Below, in pieces: positions 8,384-19,399 of a stretch of DNA of 64,000 nucleotides. The position numbers and the translations under genes were made by a program. The DNA comes from Gammaproteobacteria bacterium (GTDB lineage Bacteria > Pseudomonadota > Gammaproteobacteria > Eutrophobiales > Eutrophobiaceae). The stretch spans positions 2,396,115 through 2,460,114 of the forward strand of contig OZ220714.1 in the NCBI GenBank assembly GCA_965116585.1, read 5' to 3'. The notes below the pieces were generated by a model that was given only the letters and a program-made list of their open reading frames with translations, did no database searches and was not told where the DNA came from. How positions within the stretch are numbered: position 1 is the stretch's first letter; every line of letters starts with the position of its first letter.

Positions 8384-8842
8384 ATGTTCCGGGGTTTCAG
8401 CAGTGTCAGTCTTGACAGTAAAGGCCGGATGGCCATCCCCAGCCGTTATCGTGAACGGCTTGTGGGGGAGGCTGGCGGCGCGCTGATACAGACCTTGAAT
8501 CCCCTGGATCGCTCTCTGTGGTTATACCCCCTGCCTGAATGGGAACTGATCGAGGGGAAACTGGCAGATCTCTCCGATTTTGATACCCAGAGTCGCCGGG
8601 CCAAACAGATGATGCGCGGCTATGCAACCGATTGCCAGTTGGACACACACGGCAGAATCCTGATACCCGCAGAACTGCGGGACTACGCCCAAATCGATAA
8701 ACAGGCCGTGATCCTGGGCCAGGGCAATAAATTTGAAATCTGGAACCGGACCAGTTGGGATGAGCAGCGCGAGCACTGGTTAATGCAAGTGGGTGATGAG
8801 CAGGGTGCGCCGGCCGAAGCCTTGCAATCCTTATCCCTGTGA
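8384..8842 (+). CDS. mraZ: transcriptional regulator MraZ
   Basis: 152 aa with two SpoVT/AbrB-like halves. GGGGG Shine-Dalgarno. Confidence 0.9.
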   Translation: MFRGFSSVSLDSKGRMAIPSRYRERLVGEAGGALIQTLNPLDRSLWLYPLPEWELIEGKLADLSDFDTQSRRAKQMMRGYATDCQLDTHGRILIPAELRDYAQIDKQAVILGQGNKFEIWNRTSWDEQREHWLMQVGDEQGAPAEALQSLSL

Positions 8843-9791
8843 CCATGCCTTATTGAATTTGAATGATTACACACACAAACCGGTATTGCTGGATGAGGCC
8901 CTGGAAGCGCTTGCGCTACGCCCCGAGGGTTGTTACGTGGACTGTACCTTCGGCCGCGGCGGCCATAGCAAGGCAATCCTTGCGCGCCTTGGCGCACGCG
9001 GCCGCCTGCTGGCGTTTGACAAGGACCCGGACGCGCTCAGGTTTGCCCGAGAGGCCTTGGCCGGCGATCCGCGTTTCGCTTGTTATCCCGGTTCTTTCAC
9101 CCGCCTGGCGCAGGTTGTCAACGATCTGGGCTTGTCGGGTCAGGTCGATGGCCTGTTATTCGACCTTGGCGTTTCTTCGCCGCAACTGGATGATGCCGCC
9201 CGCGGCTTCAGCTTTCTCCGGGACGGGAGTCTCGACATGAGAATGGACCCTGCAACAGGCGCCAGCGCCGCGCAATGGATAAACCGGGCCGGCCAGACGG
9301 AAATACGCGCAGTGTTACGCGAGTTCGGTGAAGAACGCTACGCCGGACGTATTGCCCGGGCCATTGTATCCCGGCGGGCCGAGCAGGCCATCACCACCAC
9401 CCGGCAGCTTGCCGACCTGATCAAGACGGTGGCGCCCACGGTAGAGCGAGACAAACATCCTGCCACGCGCGCATTCCAGGCCATCCGTATCCGCATCAAC
9501 AATGAGCTGGAGGAGTTGCAGACGGTGCTTGCACAGGCGCTGCACGTACTGCGTGTCGGCGGACGCCTGGCCGTGATCAGTTTCCACTCCGGCGAAGACC
9601 GCATTGTGAAGCGATTTATCAGGGAACAATCCCGCGCCGACCCTTACCCCAGCTACCTGCCCATTTCCGCGCAGCAGATCAAGCCGGCGTTGCGGGCCAT
9701 AGGACGGTCGCTGAAGCAGGACGCGGCGGCAAACGAGGACAACCCGCGCGGCCGCAGCGCAACCTTGCGCGTTGCGGAGAGGCTGTTGTGA
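8793..9791 (+). CDS. rsmH: 16S rRNA (cytosine1402-N4)-methyltransferase RsmH; start ambiguous
   Basis: KPVLLDEALEAL...TFGRGGHS motif. The ORF ATG at 8793 overlaps mraZ by 50 nt. In-frame TTG at 8853 or 8859 are alternative starts. Confidence 0.8.
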   Translation: MMSRVRRPKPCNPYPCDHALLNLNDYTHKPVLLDEALEALALRPEGCYVDCTFGRGGHSKAILARLGARGRLLAFDKDPDALRFAREALAGDPRFACYPGSFTRLAQVVNDLGLSGQVDGLLFDLGVSSPQLDDAARGFSFLRDGSLDMRMDPATGASAAQWINRAGQTEIRAVLREFGEERYAGRIARAIVSRRAEQAITTTRQLADLIKTVAPTVERDKHPATRAFQAIRIRINNELEELQTVLAQALHVLRVGGRLAVISFHSGEDRIVKRFIREQSRADPYPSYLPISAQQIKPALRAIGRSLKQDAAANEDNPRGRSATLRVAERLL

Positions 9792-10054
9792 TGAAGACGG
9801 CCGCCATCCTTGTGCTCCTGTGCGCGGTGCTGGTGACCGCCGTGGCCGTGGTGGGTACACAACACGCGGCGCGCAACGTCTTCATGGAGATAGAGCAGTT
9901 GAAAAAAGAGCGTGACCTGTTGAATGAAGAATGGAGCAGGCTCCAGATCGAGCAGAGCACCTGGACGCTGGAAGAACACATCGAGCGTATTGTCAGGGAG
10001 GACCTGGATATGCGCGCGCCGGATAACGGTTCCAGGGTATTTTTAGTACCATGA
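9788..10054 (+). CDS. ftsL: cell division protein FtsL
   Basis: 88 aa, single TM plus coiled coil, in the canonical position between rsmH and ftsI. Confidence 0.8.
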   Translation: MMKTAAILVLLCAVLVTAVAVVGTQHAARNVFMEIEQLKKERDLLNEEWSRLQIEQSTWTLEEHIERIVREDLDMRAPDNGSRVFLVP

Positions 10055-11781
10055 GCAGCGGCCTGCTCAAAGTCGTATACAAAGACCGCAGACGGTTGGT
10101 GCTGGCATTGTTTGTCGGCGCTACGCTCGCGGTGGCGGGCCGGGCTTTTTACCTGCAGATTCTGAACAAGGATTTTCTCATCAACGAAGGGAATGCCAGA
10201 GCGGTGCGCAGTGTTACCATCCCCGCCTACCGGGGCATGATCACCGATCGGAACGGCGAACCCATGGGGGTCAGCACGCCGGTGGATTCTGTCTGGGTCG
10301 TGCCCGGAAAAGTACTGGCTTCCGGCGCCGACCTGAAGGAACTGGCCAACCTGCTGGATACGACGGATGCGGTGCTGCGGCAGTCACTCTCAGAGCGGCA
10401 GGACCGGGACTTCTTTTATCTCAAGCGGCATGTGATGCCTGCTACCGCACGCCAGGTACGCGACCTGAAAATACCGGGCATCAACATCGTCAAGGAGTAC
10501 AAGCGCTATTATCCGTTCGGTGAGGTGGCTTCCCACCTGGTCGGATTTACCAATATTGACGACAACGGGCAGGAAGGCATCGAACTGGCTTTTGACGACT
10601 GGTTACGGGGCACGCCGGGGAAGAAAAGGGTATTGAAGGACTTGTACGGTTCGGTCGTCAAGGATATTGAAAACATCAAACAGTCGGTACCCGGTGAAGC
10701 ATTGGTCCTGGCCCTGGACCAGCGCTTGCAGTACCTGGGCTACCGGGAGCTGAGGGCCGCAACGCTCAAGCACAATGCCAAGGGCGGTATGCTGCTGTTG
10801 CTGGACGTCACCACCGGCGAGATCCTGGCGCTGGCGGTACAACCCTCTTTCAATCCCAACAACCGTATCGGTATCAGTGGCACGCACTACCGTAACCGTG
10901 TGGTGACGGACGTGTTCGAACCCGGTTCCACCATCAAACCGTTCACTATCGCGGCGGCGCTGATGTCCGGCCAATACCGCCCCGAGACCATGATCGACAC
11001 GGCGCCGGGACGCCTTTCCATCGGCCGCTACTCGATCAGTGACATCAATAATTACGGCCTGCTGAGCGTGAGCGACGTCATCCGCAAGTCGAGCAACATC
11101 GGCAGCACCAAGGTCGCGCTGTCGTTGGGCGCGGAACCGCTGTGGAAGTTGCACAACGCCGTCGGCTTCGGCAGCCCGACCATGAGCGGCTACCCCGGAG
11201 AGGCGGTGGGCACGCTGGCCGAACCCGGTGACTGGTCCCAGGTCGACCTGGCCGCAGCCTCTTACGGCTACGGCATTTCGGTGACTGCCATGCAGTTGGC
11301 CCAGGCTTATGCGGTGATTGCGTCGGGCGGCCTGTTATACCCGATCAGCTTCCAGAAAGTCAGCGCGCCGCCTGCGGCCCAACGCGTATTGCCGGAAGCC
11401 ATCGCGTTTGAAGTAAATACAATGATGCGTACGGTAGTTGGGGAAGGCGGTAGCGGCAAGCGCGCCGCGGTGGAAGGTTACCACGTTGCCGGCAAGACCG
11501 GCACCGTGCACAAGGCCTCGGCCTCCGGTTACGACGAGGACCGTTACCTGTCGTTGTTTGCCGGCTTTGCTCCGGCCACGGAACCGCGCCTGGTCATGGT
11601 TGTGTTGATCGATGACCCCAGGGCCGGCGATTATTACGGCGGTAAGGTGGCCGCGCCGGTATTCGCCAGTGTCATGCACGGCGCGTTGCGGATATTGAAC
11701 ATCCCGCCCGATAACCTGATCGGGTTAAAACAACGGGCGCTGCTCGCCAACAACAGCGCCCAACTGAGAAATCCGGGCTAG
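10051..11781 (+). CDS. ftsI: peptidoglycan D,D-transpeptidase FtsI (PBP3)
   Basis: 576 aa with STIK, SSN and KTG motifs. Confidence 0.9.
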   Translation: MSSGLLKVVYKDRRRLVLALFVGATLAVAGRAFYLQILNKDFLINEGNARAVRSVTIPAYRGMITDRNGEPMGVSTPVDSVWVVPGKVLASGADLKELANLLDTTDAVLRQSLSERQDRDFFYLKRHVMPATARQVRDLKIPGINIVKEYKRYYPFGEVASHLVGFTNIDDNGQEGIELAFDDWLRGTPGKKRVLKDLYGSVVKDIENIKQSVPGEALVLALDQRLQYLGYRELRAATLKHNAKGGMLLLLDVTTGEILALAVQPSFNPNNRIGISGTHYRNRVVTDVFEPGSTIKPFTIAAALMSGQYRPETMIDTAPGRLSIGRYSISDINNYGLLSVSDVIRKSSNIGSTKVALSLGAEPLWKLHNAVGFGSPTMSGYPGEAVGTLAEPGDWSQVDLAAASYGYGISVTAMQLAQAYAVIASGGLLYPISFQKVSAPPAAQRVLPEAIAFEVNTMMRTVVGEGGSGKRAAVEGYHVAGKTGTVHKASASGYDEDRYLSLFAGFAPATEPRLVMVVLIDDPRAGDYYGGKVAAPVFASVMHGALRILNIPPDNLIGLKQRALLANNSAQLRNPG

Positions 11782-11794
11782 TACCAGGATAATT

Positions 11795-13291
11795 ATGTTG
11801 CCGGCACGCAATCGACACATCGGGATGCCATTGCGAACGCTGCTGCAAGGGATCAGCGACGCCGTGACCGAAGCAGACGTCACGGTGCAGGGGATCAGCG
11901 CCGACAGCCGTAACATCCGAGCCGGTGATGTATTCCTGGCTTGCCGGGGCGCGCAAACCCGCGGCAGCCTGTTCATCCGGGATGCCATCAAGGCAGGGGC
12001 GGCCGCAGTGGTTGTGGACGCGGCCTTGTTGTCCGACCTGGACCGGCGCCTGGCGGTGCTGGTTCCGGTGGCGAACCTGCGTGACAAACTGGGCTTGATC
12101 GCCGGCCGGTTTTACGGAGAACCCACGCGGCAACTGCGCCTGACCGGAGTCACCGGGACCAACGGCAAAACCTCGGTCTGCTGGTGGGCGGCGCAGCTCC
12201 ATTCAGCGCTCACCGGGAAACCGGCGGGTCTGGTCGGCACCCTTGGCTACGGTTGCTTCCCGGAACTGGAAACCGGCGCTAACACGACGCCGGGAGCGCT
12301 TGAACTGCAACGCCTGTGTACCGGTTTTCTCGACGCCGGCGCGGACACGGCGTTTATGGAAGTGTCATCCCATGCCCTGGACCAGGGACGCGTGAACGGC
12401 GTCGATTTCGACCTGGCCGTGTTCACCAACCTGAGCCGGGATCACCTGGACTATCACCACAGCCTGGATGAGTACTTCGAGGCCAAGCAAAAACTGTTCA
12501 GGTTCGAATCATTGCGCGCGGCCGTGGTGAACGGCGATGACGTTTACGGGCGCGCGCTACTGCAAAACCTGCCCGCGCAGGTGGAAGCGATCAGCTATGG
12601 CCTCGCGCCCGGGCCGCGGCAACCGCTGGTGCGCGCAACATTGGCGCCGGGGGCCGAGTTGGTGCTGGATATTACCAGTCCCTGGGGGCGCGGCCAGGTG
12701 CGCCCGGGCGTGACGGGAAAATTCAATGCCGGTAATCTCCTGGCCGTGGTCTCCACCCTGTGCCTGGCGGGACTGCCGCTGGAGCAGGTGCTGGAACAAC
12801 TGGAAAACCTGGCCCCCCCGCCTGGCCGTATGGAGCGTTTCACCCGTGCCGACGGGGCGCGTATCATTGTCGATTACGCGCACACGCCTGCTGCCCTGGA
12901 GCAGGCGCTGCGCGCGCTGCGGGAAGGTTGTGCGGCGCGCCTGATCTGCGTTTTCGGTTGCGGCGGCGAGCGCGACCGGGACAAACGGGCGCTGATGGGA
13001 GAGGTGGCGGAACGCCTCGCCACTGAGGTCATCCTGACCGATGACAACCCGCGCGGCGAACCCGGCGCCGACATCATCGCGGCCATTCTCTCCGGCATGA
13101 GCAAGCAGGCCAGGGTGTGTGTTGAACGCAACCGTTCCAGTGCGATTGAACTTGCCTTGCACGAGGCCGGGCCTGATGACGTGGTGTTGATCGCCGGCAA
13201 AGGCCATGAGACCAGCCAGGACATAGCGGGCCAGCGTTATCCGTTCAGCGATCGGCAACAGGTACGGATGCTGCTGGAGCAAGCGGGGTGA
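11795..13291 (+). CDS. murE: UDP-N-acetylmuramoyl-L-alanyl-D-glutamate--2,6-diaminopimelate ligase
   Basis: Mur ligase with GTNGKT P-loop and DNPR motif. Start could be the internal Met at 11825. Confidence 0.88.
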   Translation: MLPARNRHIGMPLRTLLQGISDAVTEADVTVQGISADSRNIRAGDVFLACRGAQTRGSLFIRDAIKAGAAAVVVDAALLSDLDRRLAVLVPVANLRDKLGLIAGRFYGEPTRQLRLTGVTGTNGKTSVCWWAAQLHSALTGKPAGLVGTLGYGCFPELETGANTTPGALELQRLCTGFLDAGADTAFMEVSSHALDQGRVNGVDFDLAVFTNLSRDHLDYHHSLDEYFEAKQKLFRFESLRAAVVNGDDVYGRALLQNLPAQVEAISYGLAPGPRQPLVRATLAPGAELVLDITSPWGRGQVRPGVTGKFNAGNLLAVVSTLCLAGLPLEQVLEQLENLAPPPGRMERFTRADGARIIVDYAHTPAALEQALRALREGCAARLICVFGCGGERDRDKRALMGEVAERLATEVILTDDNPRGEPGADIIAAILSGMSKQARVCVERNRSSAIELALHEAGPDDVVLIAGKGHETSQDIAGQRYPFSDRQQVRMLLEQAG

Positions 13292-14643
13292 TCAGCATGC
13301 GTCTGTCACAAGCCTGTGCCGCCATCCAGGGTCAACTCAGCGGGGAGGATCGGCATTTCACCGGGTGCAGTTATGACAGCCGTACCCTGCAACCTGATGA
13401 GTTGTTTATCGCATTGCGCGGCGAGGCCCGGGACGGCCATGATTTTATCCCTGCGGCGCTGGCCCGGGGCGCGGGCGCGGCCCTGGTGGATCGGGACGCT
13501 GACTATCCCTTGCCCGTTATCAGGGTGCATGATGCCAGGCAACAGTCCGGGTTGCTGGCGGCGCACTGGCGCGCCCGCTTCGACCTGCCCGTGATTGCCG
13601 TGACCGGCAGCAACGGTAAAACCACGGTCAAGGAAATGATCAGCGCCATCCTGTCCGTCAATGCCGAGGTATTGGCTACCCGGGGAAATATGAATAACGA
13701 TATCGGTGTGCCCTTGACCCTGTTCAGGCTGGCGCCCGGGCACGCCTACGCCGTGGTCGAGATGGGCGCCAATCACCCCGGCGAGATAAGCTGGCTGAGC
13801 CACCTGGCCAGGCCGCAGGTGGCACTTATCACCCAGTGTGCGCCGGCGCATCTTGAGGGTTTCGGTTCTGTGGATGGCGTGGCTGAGGCCAAGGCCGAGA
13901 TCTACGCCGGCCTGGCGCCGGGCGGCACGGCGATTATCAATCGTGACGATACGTATGCCGGGTTCTGGCTGGAGCGTACCCGCGGCAAGCGGCAAATCAC
14001 CTTTGGTATGGACACGCGGGCAGACGTCCGCGCGGCCGGGATCAAACTTGACCCGGTCAAGCGGCGCACGCGCTTTGAACTGGAGGCGCCAGGCTGCAAG
14101 GCCGCTGCCGAGTTGAGCCTGTTCGGCGCGCATAACGTGATGAATGCGCTGGCCGCCGCGGCCTGTTGCCACGCCGTTGACATCCCCCTGGAACAGATCG
14201 TAACCGGCCTGGGCAGGGTGCGGGGCGTGCAGGGCAGGATGCAGTTGAAAGCCGGGCGGCGCGGCGCCAATATTTTCGATGACAGTTACAATGCCAACCC
14301 CGTGTCCTTGCGCGCCGCGCTGGAGGTGGCCTGTGACCTGCCGGGGCGCTGCTGGCTGGTACTGGGTGATATGGGCGAACTGGGCGCCGGCGCGGCGCGC
14401 CTGCACGAGGAGGCCGGTGTGCAGGCCCGTGCGCTGGGCGTTGAGCGCCTGTACGGGATTGGTGAGCTTGCGGCGCACGCGGTAGCAGGTTTCGGCGCCG
14501 GCGCGGTACACGTTGCCGGACGCGCTGCCCTGATCGAGAGCTTGCAGGCTGACTTGCGCGCCGATGTTGTATTACTGGTCAAAGGCTCCAGGTCCATGGC
14601 GCTGGAACGCGTGGTGGATGCCCTGGCAGAGGAGGACGCCTGA
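13288..14643 (+). CDS. murF: UDP-MurNAc-pentapeptide synthetase
   Basis: Mur ligase with GSNGKTT, 451 aa. Confidence 0.88.
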   Translation: MISMRLSQACAAIQGQLSGEDRHFTGCSYDSRTLQPDELFIALRGEARDGHDFIPAALARGAGAALVDRDADYPLPVIRVHDARQQSGLLAAHWRARFDLPVIAVTGSNGKTTVKEMISAILSVNAEVLATRGNMNNDIGVPLTLFRLAPGHAYAVVEMGANHPGEISWLSHLARPQVALITQCAPAHLEGFGSVDGVAEAKAEIYAGLAPGGTAIINRDDTYAGFWLERTRGKRQITFGMDTRADVRAAGIKLDPVKRRTRFELEAPGCKAAAELSLFGAHNVMNALAAAACCHAVDIPLEQIVTGLGRVRGVQGRMQLKAGRRGANIFDDSYNANPVSLRAALEVACDLPGRCWLVLGDMGELGAGAARLHEEAGVQARALGVERLYGIGELAAHAVAGFGAGAVHVAGRAALIESLQADLRADVVLLVKGSRSMALERVVDALAEEDA

Positions 14644-15725
14644 TGTTATTGTGGCTGGTCGAATACCTGACGCAGTTCTATAGCGGATTCAATGCGTTTC
14701 AGTACATCATCACCCGTACCATCCTGGGCGCCCTGACTGCATTGTTTGTCACGCTGTTGATCGGGCCCGGGCTGATCCGTTACCTGGACAAGTACCGCAT
14801 CGGGCAGGAAGTGCGCGATGACGGGCCGCAGACGCACCTGGGCAAGGCCGGTACTCCGACCATGGGCGGCGCGCTGATCCTGTTTTCCATCTCCATCAGC
14901 ATCCTGTGCTGGGCGGATTTATCAAACCGTTTTGTCTGGGTGGTGTTCGGTGTCATCCTGGCGTTCGGACTGATCGGCTGGGTGGATGACTATCGCAAGA
15001 TCGTGCGCAAGAACCCGAAAGGACTGAGCGCCGGCTGGAAGTATTTCTGGCAATCGATATGCGCCTTGCTCGTGGCTTCCTTCCTGTATGCCAACGCGGC
15101 AACGCCCGCGGAGACCACCTTGATCTTGCCGTTCATCAAATCCTTTAATTACGAACTGGGCCTGTTGTTCATCGTGACCAGTTATTTCGTCATCGTGGGT
15201 TCCAGTAACGCGGTGAATCTCACGGATGGTCTGGACGGCCTGGCCATCCTGCCGACCGTCATGGTTGTGGGCGGCCTGACCGCGTTCGCCTATATCACCG
15301 GCCACATCCGTTTTGCCGAGTACCTCGGCTTTCCCTACATACCGGGCGCGGGCGAAATCTGCATCGTCTGCGCTGCCATTGCCGGTTCCGGCCTGGGTTT
15401 TCTCTGGTTCAATACCTACCCGGCCCAGGTATTCATGGGAGACATCGGTGCGCTGTCGCTGGGCGCGGCGCTGGGAACCATTGCGGTGATCGTGCGGCAG
15501 GAACTGGTGCTGTTCATCATGGGTGGCGTGTTCGTCATCGAAACGGTGTCCGTCATTCTGCAGGTCAGCTCCTACAAGCTCACCGGCAAGCGAATATTTC
15601 GCATGGCGCCGCTGCACCACCACTACGAATTGAAAGGCTGGCCCGAACCGCGGGTAATCGTGCGCTTCTGGATCATCACGGTCATCCTGGTGCTGATCGG
15701 ACTGGCCAGTATGAAGATCAGGTAG
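14643..15725 (+). CDS. mraY: phospho-N-acetylmuramoyl-pentapeptide transferase
   Basis: 360 aa polytopic membrane protein, MLLWLVEYL... Confidence 0.9.
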   Translation: MLLWLVEYLTQFYSGFNAFQYIITRTILGALTALFVTLLIGPGLIRYLDKYRIGQEVRDDGPQTHLGKAGTPTMGGALILFSISISILCWADLSNRFVWVVFGVILAFGLIGWVDDYRKIVRKNPKGLSAGWKYFWQSICALLVASFLYANAATPAETTLILPFIKSFNYELGLLFIVTSYFVIVGSSNAVNLTDGLDGLAILPTVMVVGGLTAFAYITGHIRFAEYLGFPYIPGAGEICIVCAAIAGSGLGFLWFNTYPAQVFMGDIGALSLGAALGTIAVIVRQELVLFIMGGVFVIETVSVILQVSSYKLTGKRIFRMAPLHHHYELKGWPEPRVIVRFWIITVILVLIGLASMKIR

Positions 15726-15770
15726 CAGTTAACAGTGGGTTATACAAGACAACTACAGTATGAGTGTGAA

Positions 15771-17129
15771 ATGCCGGATACCGATGCGCATTTTGATACC
15801 CTGATATTGGGGCTTGGCAAGACCGGCTGGTCCTGCGTCAGGTACCTGGCCGGAGCCGGCGAGGACCTGGCAGTTGCCGACTCCAGGCCGGCGCCGCCGG
15901 AACTGGCGAGCCTGCGGCAGGGTTACCCGCAGGTGCCGTTCTTTGCCGGGGAATTCCGGCCCGACCTGCTGTGCCGGGCGCGCCGCTTGATCCTCAGTCC
16001 GGGTGTTGCGCCGGGTCACCCGGCCATCCGCGCCGCGGCCCGTGCCGGGGTGGAAGTTGTCGGCGACGTGGAAATTTTCTGCCGTCATATCAACGCGCCG
16101 CTGATTGCAGTCACCGGGTCCAACGGCAAGAGCACGGTGGTGAGCCTGCTGGCAAGGATGCTGGAGCAGGCGGGCCTGCGGGTGGGCCTGGGCGGTAACA
16201 TCGGCACGCCGGCGCTGGACCTGCTGTGCGCGCCGGCGCCGGATTATTACTTGCTGGAATTGTCCAGTTTCCAACTGGAGACCCTGCACTCGCACCAGCC
16301 TGTTGCCGCTGCAGTCCTGAACGTGTCGGCAGACCACCTGGACCGTTATCAGGACCTGCGTGATTACGCCCGCGCCAAGGAAAACATTTATGCCGGCGCC
16401 GGGGCCATGATCATCAACCTGGATGACGCAACAGTGCGCGCCATGCGCCGCCCGGGGCGCCGCGCCGTCACCTGTTCCCTGACACGTCCGGACGCGGATT
16501 TTCACCTGCGCGAACACAACGGCGAGACCTGGCTGGCGCGCCGTAATGAACCGTTGCTGAGACAGGCGGAACTCAGGGTGCACGGCTTGCATAACCTGGC
16601 GAACAGCCTGGCCAGCCTGGCCCTGGGCAGCGCCCTGGACCTGCCGTTGCCCGCCATGCTGGCAGCCTTGCGCGAGTTTGGCGGGTTACCCCACCGCTGT
16701 GAATGGGTGGCCGGGCTCAACGGCGTCAACTGGTTCAATGATTCGAAAGGTACCAACGTCGGCGCTACCCTGGCGGCCCTGCGCGGGTTGTCGGGCAAGC
16801 GTAACAATATTCTCCTGATCGCCGGCGGTGACGGCAAGGGCGCGGATTTCGCGCCGTTGGGGCAAGCTGTCGAGGAACACGTCAAGTCCACCATATTAAT
16901 AGGCAAGAGCGCGCCGGACATTGCCGCCGTTATACCGGATCAGAGCGCACTGTGTTACGCCACCGGCATGGAGGCCGCGGTGCATACGGCATTCCGTCTG
17001 GCACAGCCTGGGGATACCGTGCTGCTCTCCCCGGCCTGCGCCAGTTTCGATATGTTCAGGGATTTTGCCGCGCGCGGTGATGCGTTCAAACGCGCCGTCG
17101 CCGGGCTCGAGTCGGAGGTCGGGAACTGA
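15771..17129 (+). CDS. murD: UDP-N-acetylmuramoylalanine--D-glutamate ligase
   Basis: LILGLGKTGWS Rossmann N-terminus and GSNGKST. ATG at 15771 (MPDTDAHF) preferred over the ORF start at 15735. Confidence 0.88.
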   Translation: MPDTDAHFDTLILGLGKTGWSCVRYLAGAGEDLAVADSRPAPPELASLRQGYPQVPFFAGEFRPDLLCRARRLILSPGVAPGHPAIRAAARAGVEVVGDVEIFCRHINAPLIAVTGSNGKSTVVSLLARMLEQAGLRVGLGGNIGTPALDLLCAPAPDYYLLELSSFQLETLHSHQPVAAAVLNVSADHLDRYQDLRDYARAKENIYAGAGAMIINLDDATVRAMRRPGRRAVTCSLTRPDADFHLREHNGETWLARRNEPLLRQAELRVHGLHNLANSLASLALGSALDLPLPAMLAALREFGGLPHRCEWVAGLNGVNWFNDSKGTNVGATLAALRGLSGKRNNILLIAGGDGKGADFAPLGQAVEEHVKSTILIGKSAPDIAAVIPDQSALCYATGMEAAVHTAFRLAQPGDTVLLSPACASFDMFRDFAARGDAFKRAVAGLESEVGN

Positions 17130-18313
17130 TGCAGAAACTGCAGGCAGTCAACATTCAGCAAATGGATAGCGCAGGGTGGCATGACTATGATCCCTGGCTG
17201 GTCCTGGTGTTCATGTTCCTGCTGGTAGGGGGGTTGGTTATGGTCGCGTCCTCCTCCGTGGCCCTTGCCGATCGGGTGCACGACAATCCCCTCTACTATT
17301 TCCAGCGCCAGGCGGTTGCGGTGGCCGTGGGCCTGGCGCTGGCCTTTGTGATCGTCAGAATCCCGGTCGGGTTATGGCAGAAGATGGGTGTGCCGCTGCT
17401 GTTCCTGGCCATTGCCCTGCTGGCGCTGGTGCTGGTTCCAGGCGTTGGCCGCGAGGTCAACGGCAGCGTGCGCTGGATCAAGCTGGGCCCGATCAATTTT
17501 CAGGCTTCGGAACTGGCCAAGCTGTGCATGATCAGTTATGTCGCCGCCCACCTGGCGCCTCTTGCCGAGGCTCGGCGCCAGGGTTTCAGTAGTTTTATGC
17601 CTCCTCTCGCAGTGGTAACGCTGCTCTCGAGCCTGCTGTTGCTGGAACCGGATTACGGCACCGTTGTCGTTATTTTCCTGACCACGATAGGCGTGTTGTT
17701 CCTGGCCGGTATCCCGGCAGGCCGTTTTTTTCTGTGGTTACCGTTGATGGTGGCGGCGCTGGCAGCGTTGGCGGTGATTCCCGCTTACCGTCTGGCCAGG
17801 CTCAAGGCGTTTATCGACCCGTGGCAGGACCCGTTCAATTCCGGTTACCAGCTTATCCAGTCGCTGATCGCATTCGGCCGGGGTGAGTGGTTTGGTGTGG
17901 GCTTGGGCAGTAGCGTGCAAAAACTGTTTTACCTGACGCAGGCGCATACCGATTTTATTTTTGCCATTGCCGCCGAAGAACTGGGACTGCTTTTTTCACT
18001 GATGATTGCGAGCGCGTTTCTCTTCTTTATCTGGCGGGCATTCAGTATTGCCGCGTTTGCGCACCAGTCGCGCAAATATTTTGCCGCGTACATGGCCTAT
18101 GGCATCGGCCTGCTGATCGGTGTTCAAGCGTTCATTCACATGGGTGTCAACGTGGGCTTGTTGCCGACCAAGGGACTCACCCTGCCCCTGTTCAGTTACG
18201 GCGCCAACAGTATCGTCATCAGTTGCATACTGGTGGCCGTCCTGTTGCGCATTGATCTGGAAAACCGTTATCCGCGCGGCATCGGGATTTCCAGACAGGG
18301 GGTGGCGCCTTGA
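17129..18313 (+). CDS. ftsW: peptidoglycan glycosyltransferase / lipid II flippase FtsW
   Basis: SEDS family, 394 aa. ATG overlaps the murD stop (TGATG). Confidence 0.88.
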   Translation: MQKLQAVNIQQMDSAGWHDYDPWLVLVFMFLLVGGLVMVASSSVALADRVHDNPLYYFQRQAVAVAVGLALAFVIVRIPVGLWQKMGVPLLFLAIALLALVLVPGVGREVNGSVRWIKLGPINFQASELAKLCMISYVAAHLAPLAEARRQGFSSFMPPLAVVTLLSSLLLLEPDYGTVVVIFLTTIGVLFLAGIPAGRFFLWLPLMVAALAALAVIPAYRLARLKAFIDPWQDPFNSGYQLIQSLIAFGRGEWFGVGLGSSVQKLFYLTQAHTDFIFAIAAEELGLLFSLMIASAFLFFIWRAFSIAAFAHQSRKYFAAYMAYGIGLLIGVQAFIHMGVNVGLLPTKGLTLPLFSYGANSIVISCILVAVLLRIDLENRYPRGIGISRQGVAP

Positions 18314-19389
18314 AACAGAGCCCGATCATGATTATGGCGGGAGGCACGGGCGGGCACGTTTACCCGGCGCTGGCAGTGGCCGACTACCTGCGTGCGCAGG
18401 GCGTGCCGCTGTTCTGGCTGGGAACCCCGCGCGGTATTGAGAACCGGGTGGTGCCCGAGCACGGTATAGAATTGTTGACCGTCAAGGTAAGCGGTGTGCG
18501 CGGCAAGGGTTGGCGCAGCAAGCTCATTGCGCCGTTGACGATACTCAGTGCGATCCTGCAGGCAGTGCGCATCTGCCTGCGCCGGCAGCCGGCGGCGGCG
18601 CTGGGCATGGGCGGCTTTGCCAGCGGTCCCGGCGGGATTGCAGCCTGGCTGCTGCGCATCCCGTTGCTGATCCACGAGCAGAACCGGGTCGCCGGCACCA
18701 CTAACAGGATTCTGGCCCGGTTTGCAGCAACCATCATGCAGGGTTTTCCGGGCGCTTTCAGGGACAATGCCAGGGTCATTACCACGGGGAACCCGGTGCG
18801 CCAGGCCATAGTTGACTTGCCCGCACAGGCCCCGGATGGGTCGCGGCAACGCCTGAACGTGCTGGTGCTGGGCGGCAGCCAGGGCGCGCAACAATTGAAC
18901 CGGGTAACGCCGCAGGGCCTGAACCGCCTGCACCACCGGTTGCAAGTAAACGTCTGGCATCAATGTGGCGAACGGCATCTTGACGAGACCCAGCGCGTGT
19001 ATGCCGGTCTGCAACTGGACCAGGTCAGGATCGAACCGTTTATTACCGATATGGCAGCCGCTTATGGCTGGGCGGATGTTGCCGTGTGCAGGGCCGGCGC
19101 CCTGACCATTGCGGAATTGTGCGCAGCAGGCCTGCCGTCGATACTGGTGCCGTTCCCCTACGCCATTGATGATCACCAGACGGCCAATGCCCGCTACTTG
19201 AGCGACGCCGGCGCCGCGGCGCTGCTACCGGAAAACGAATTGACCGAAGCCGCCGTCGAAGAACTGCTGTGGCAGTTGTGCGGCGCGGACAACAGCTTGT
19301 CGGAACGGGCGCAAAAGGCCCGGCTGTGCGCATTCCCCGCGGCCGCGCAAACGGTAGGCGCATTGTGCCTGGAGCATGCTTATGCCTGA
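18310..19389 (+). CDS. murG: UDP-GlcNAc:undecaprenyl-PP-MurNAc-pentapeptide GlcNAc transferase
   Basis: MAGGTGGHVYPALAVA motif. The ORF start is TTG at 18310. ATG at 18328 or 18334 are possible true starts. Confidence 0.88.
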   Translation: MKQSPIMIMAGGTGGHVYPALAVADYLRAQGVPLFWLGTPRGIENRVVPEHGIELLTVKVSGVRGKGWRSKLIAPLTILSAILQAVRICLRRQPAAALGMGGFASGPGGIAAWLLRIPLLIHEQNRVAGTTNRILARFAATIMQGFPGAFRDNARVITTGNPVRQAIVDLPAQAPDGSRQRLNVLVLGGSQGAQQLNRVTPQGLNRLHHRLQVNVWHQCGERHLDETQRVYAGLQLDQVRIEPFITDMAAAYGWADVAVCRAGALTIAELCAAGLPSILVPFPYAIDDHQTANARYLSDAGAAALLPENELTEAAVEELLWQLCGADNSLSERAQKARLCAFPAAAQTVGALCLEHAYA

Positions 19390-19399
19390 AGGTCATAAC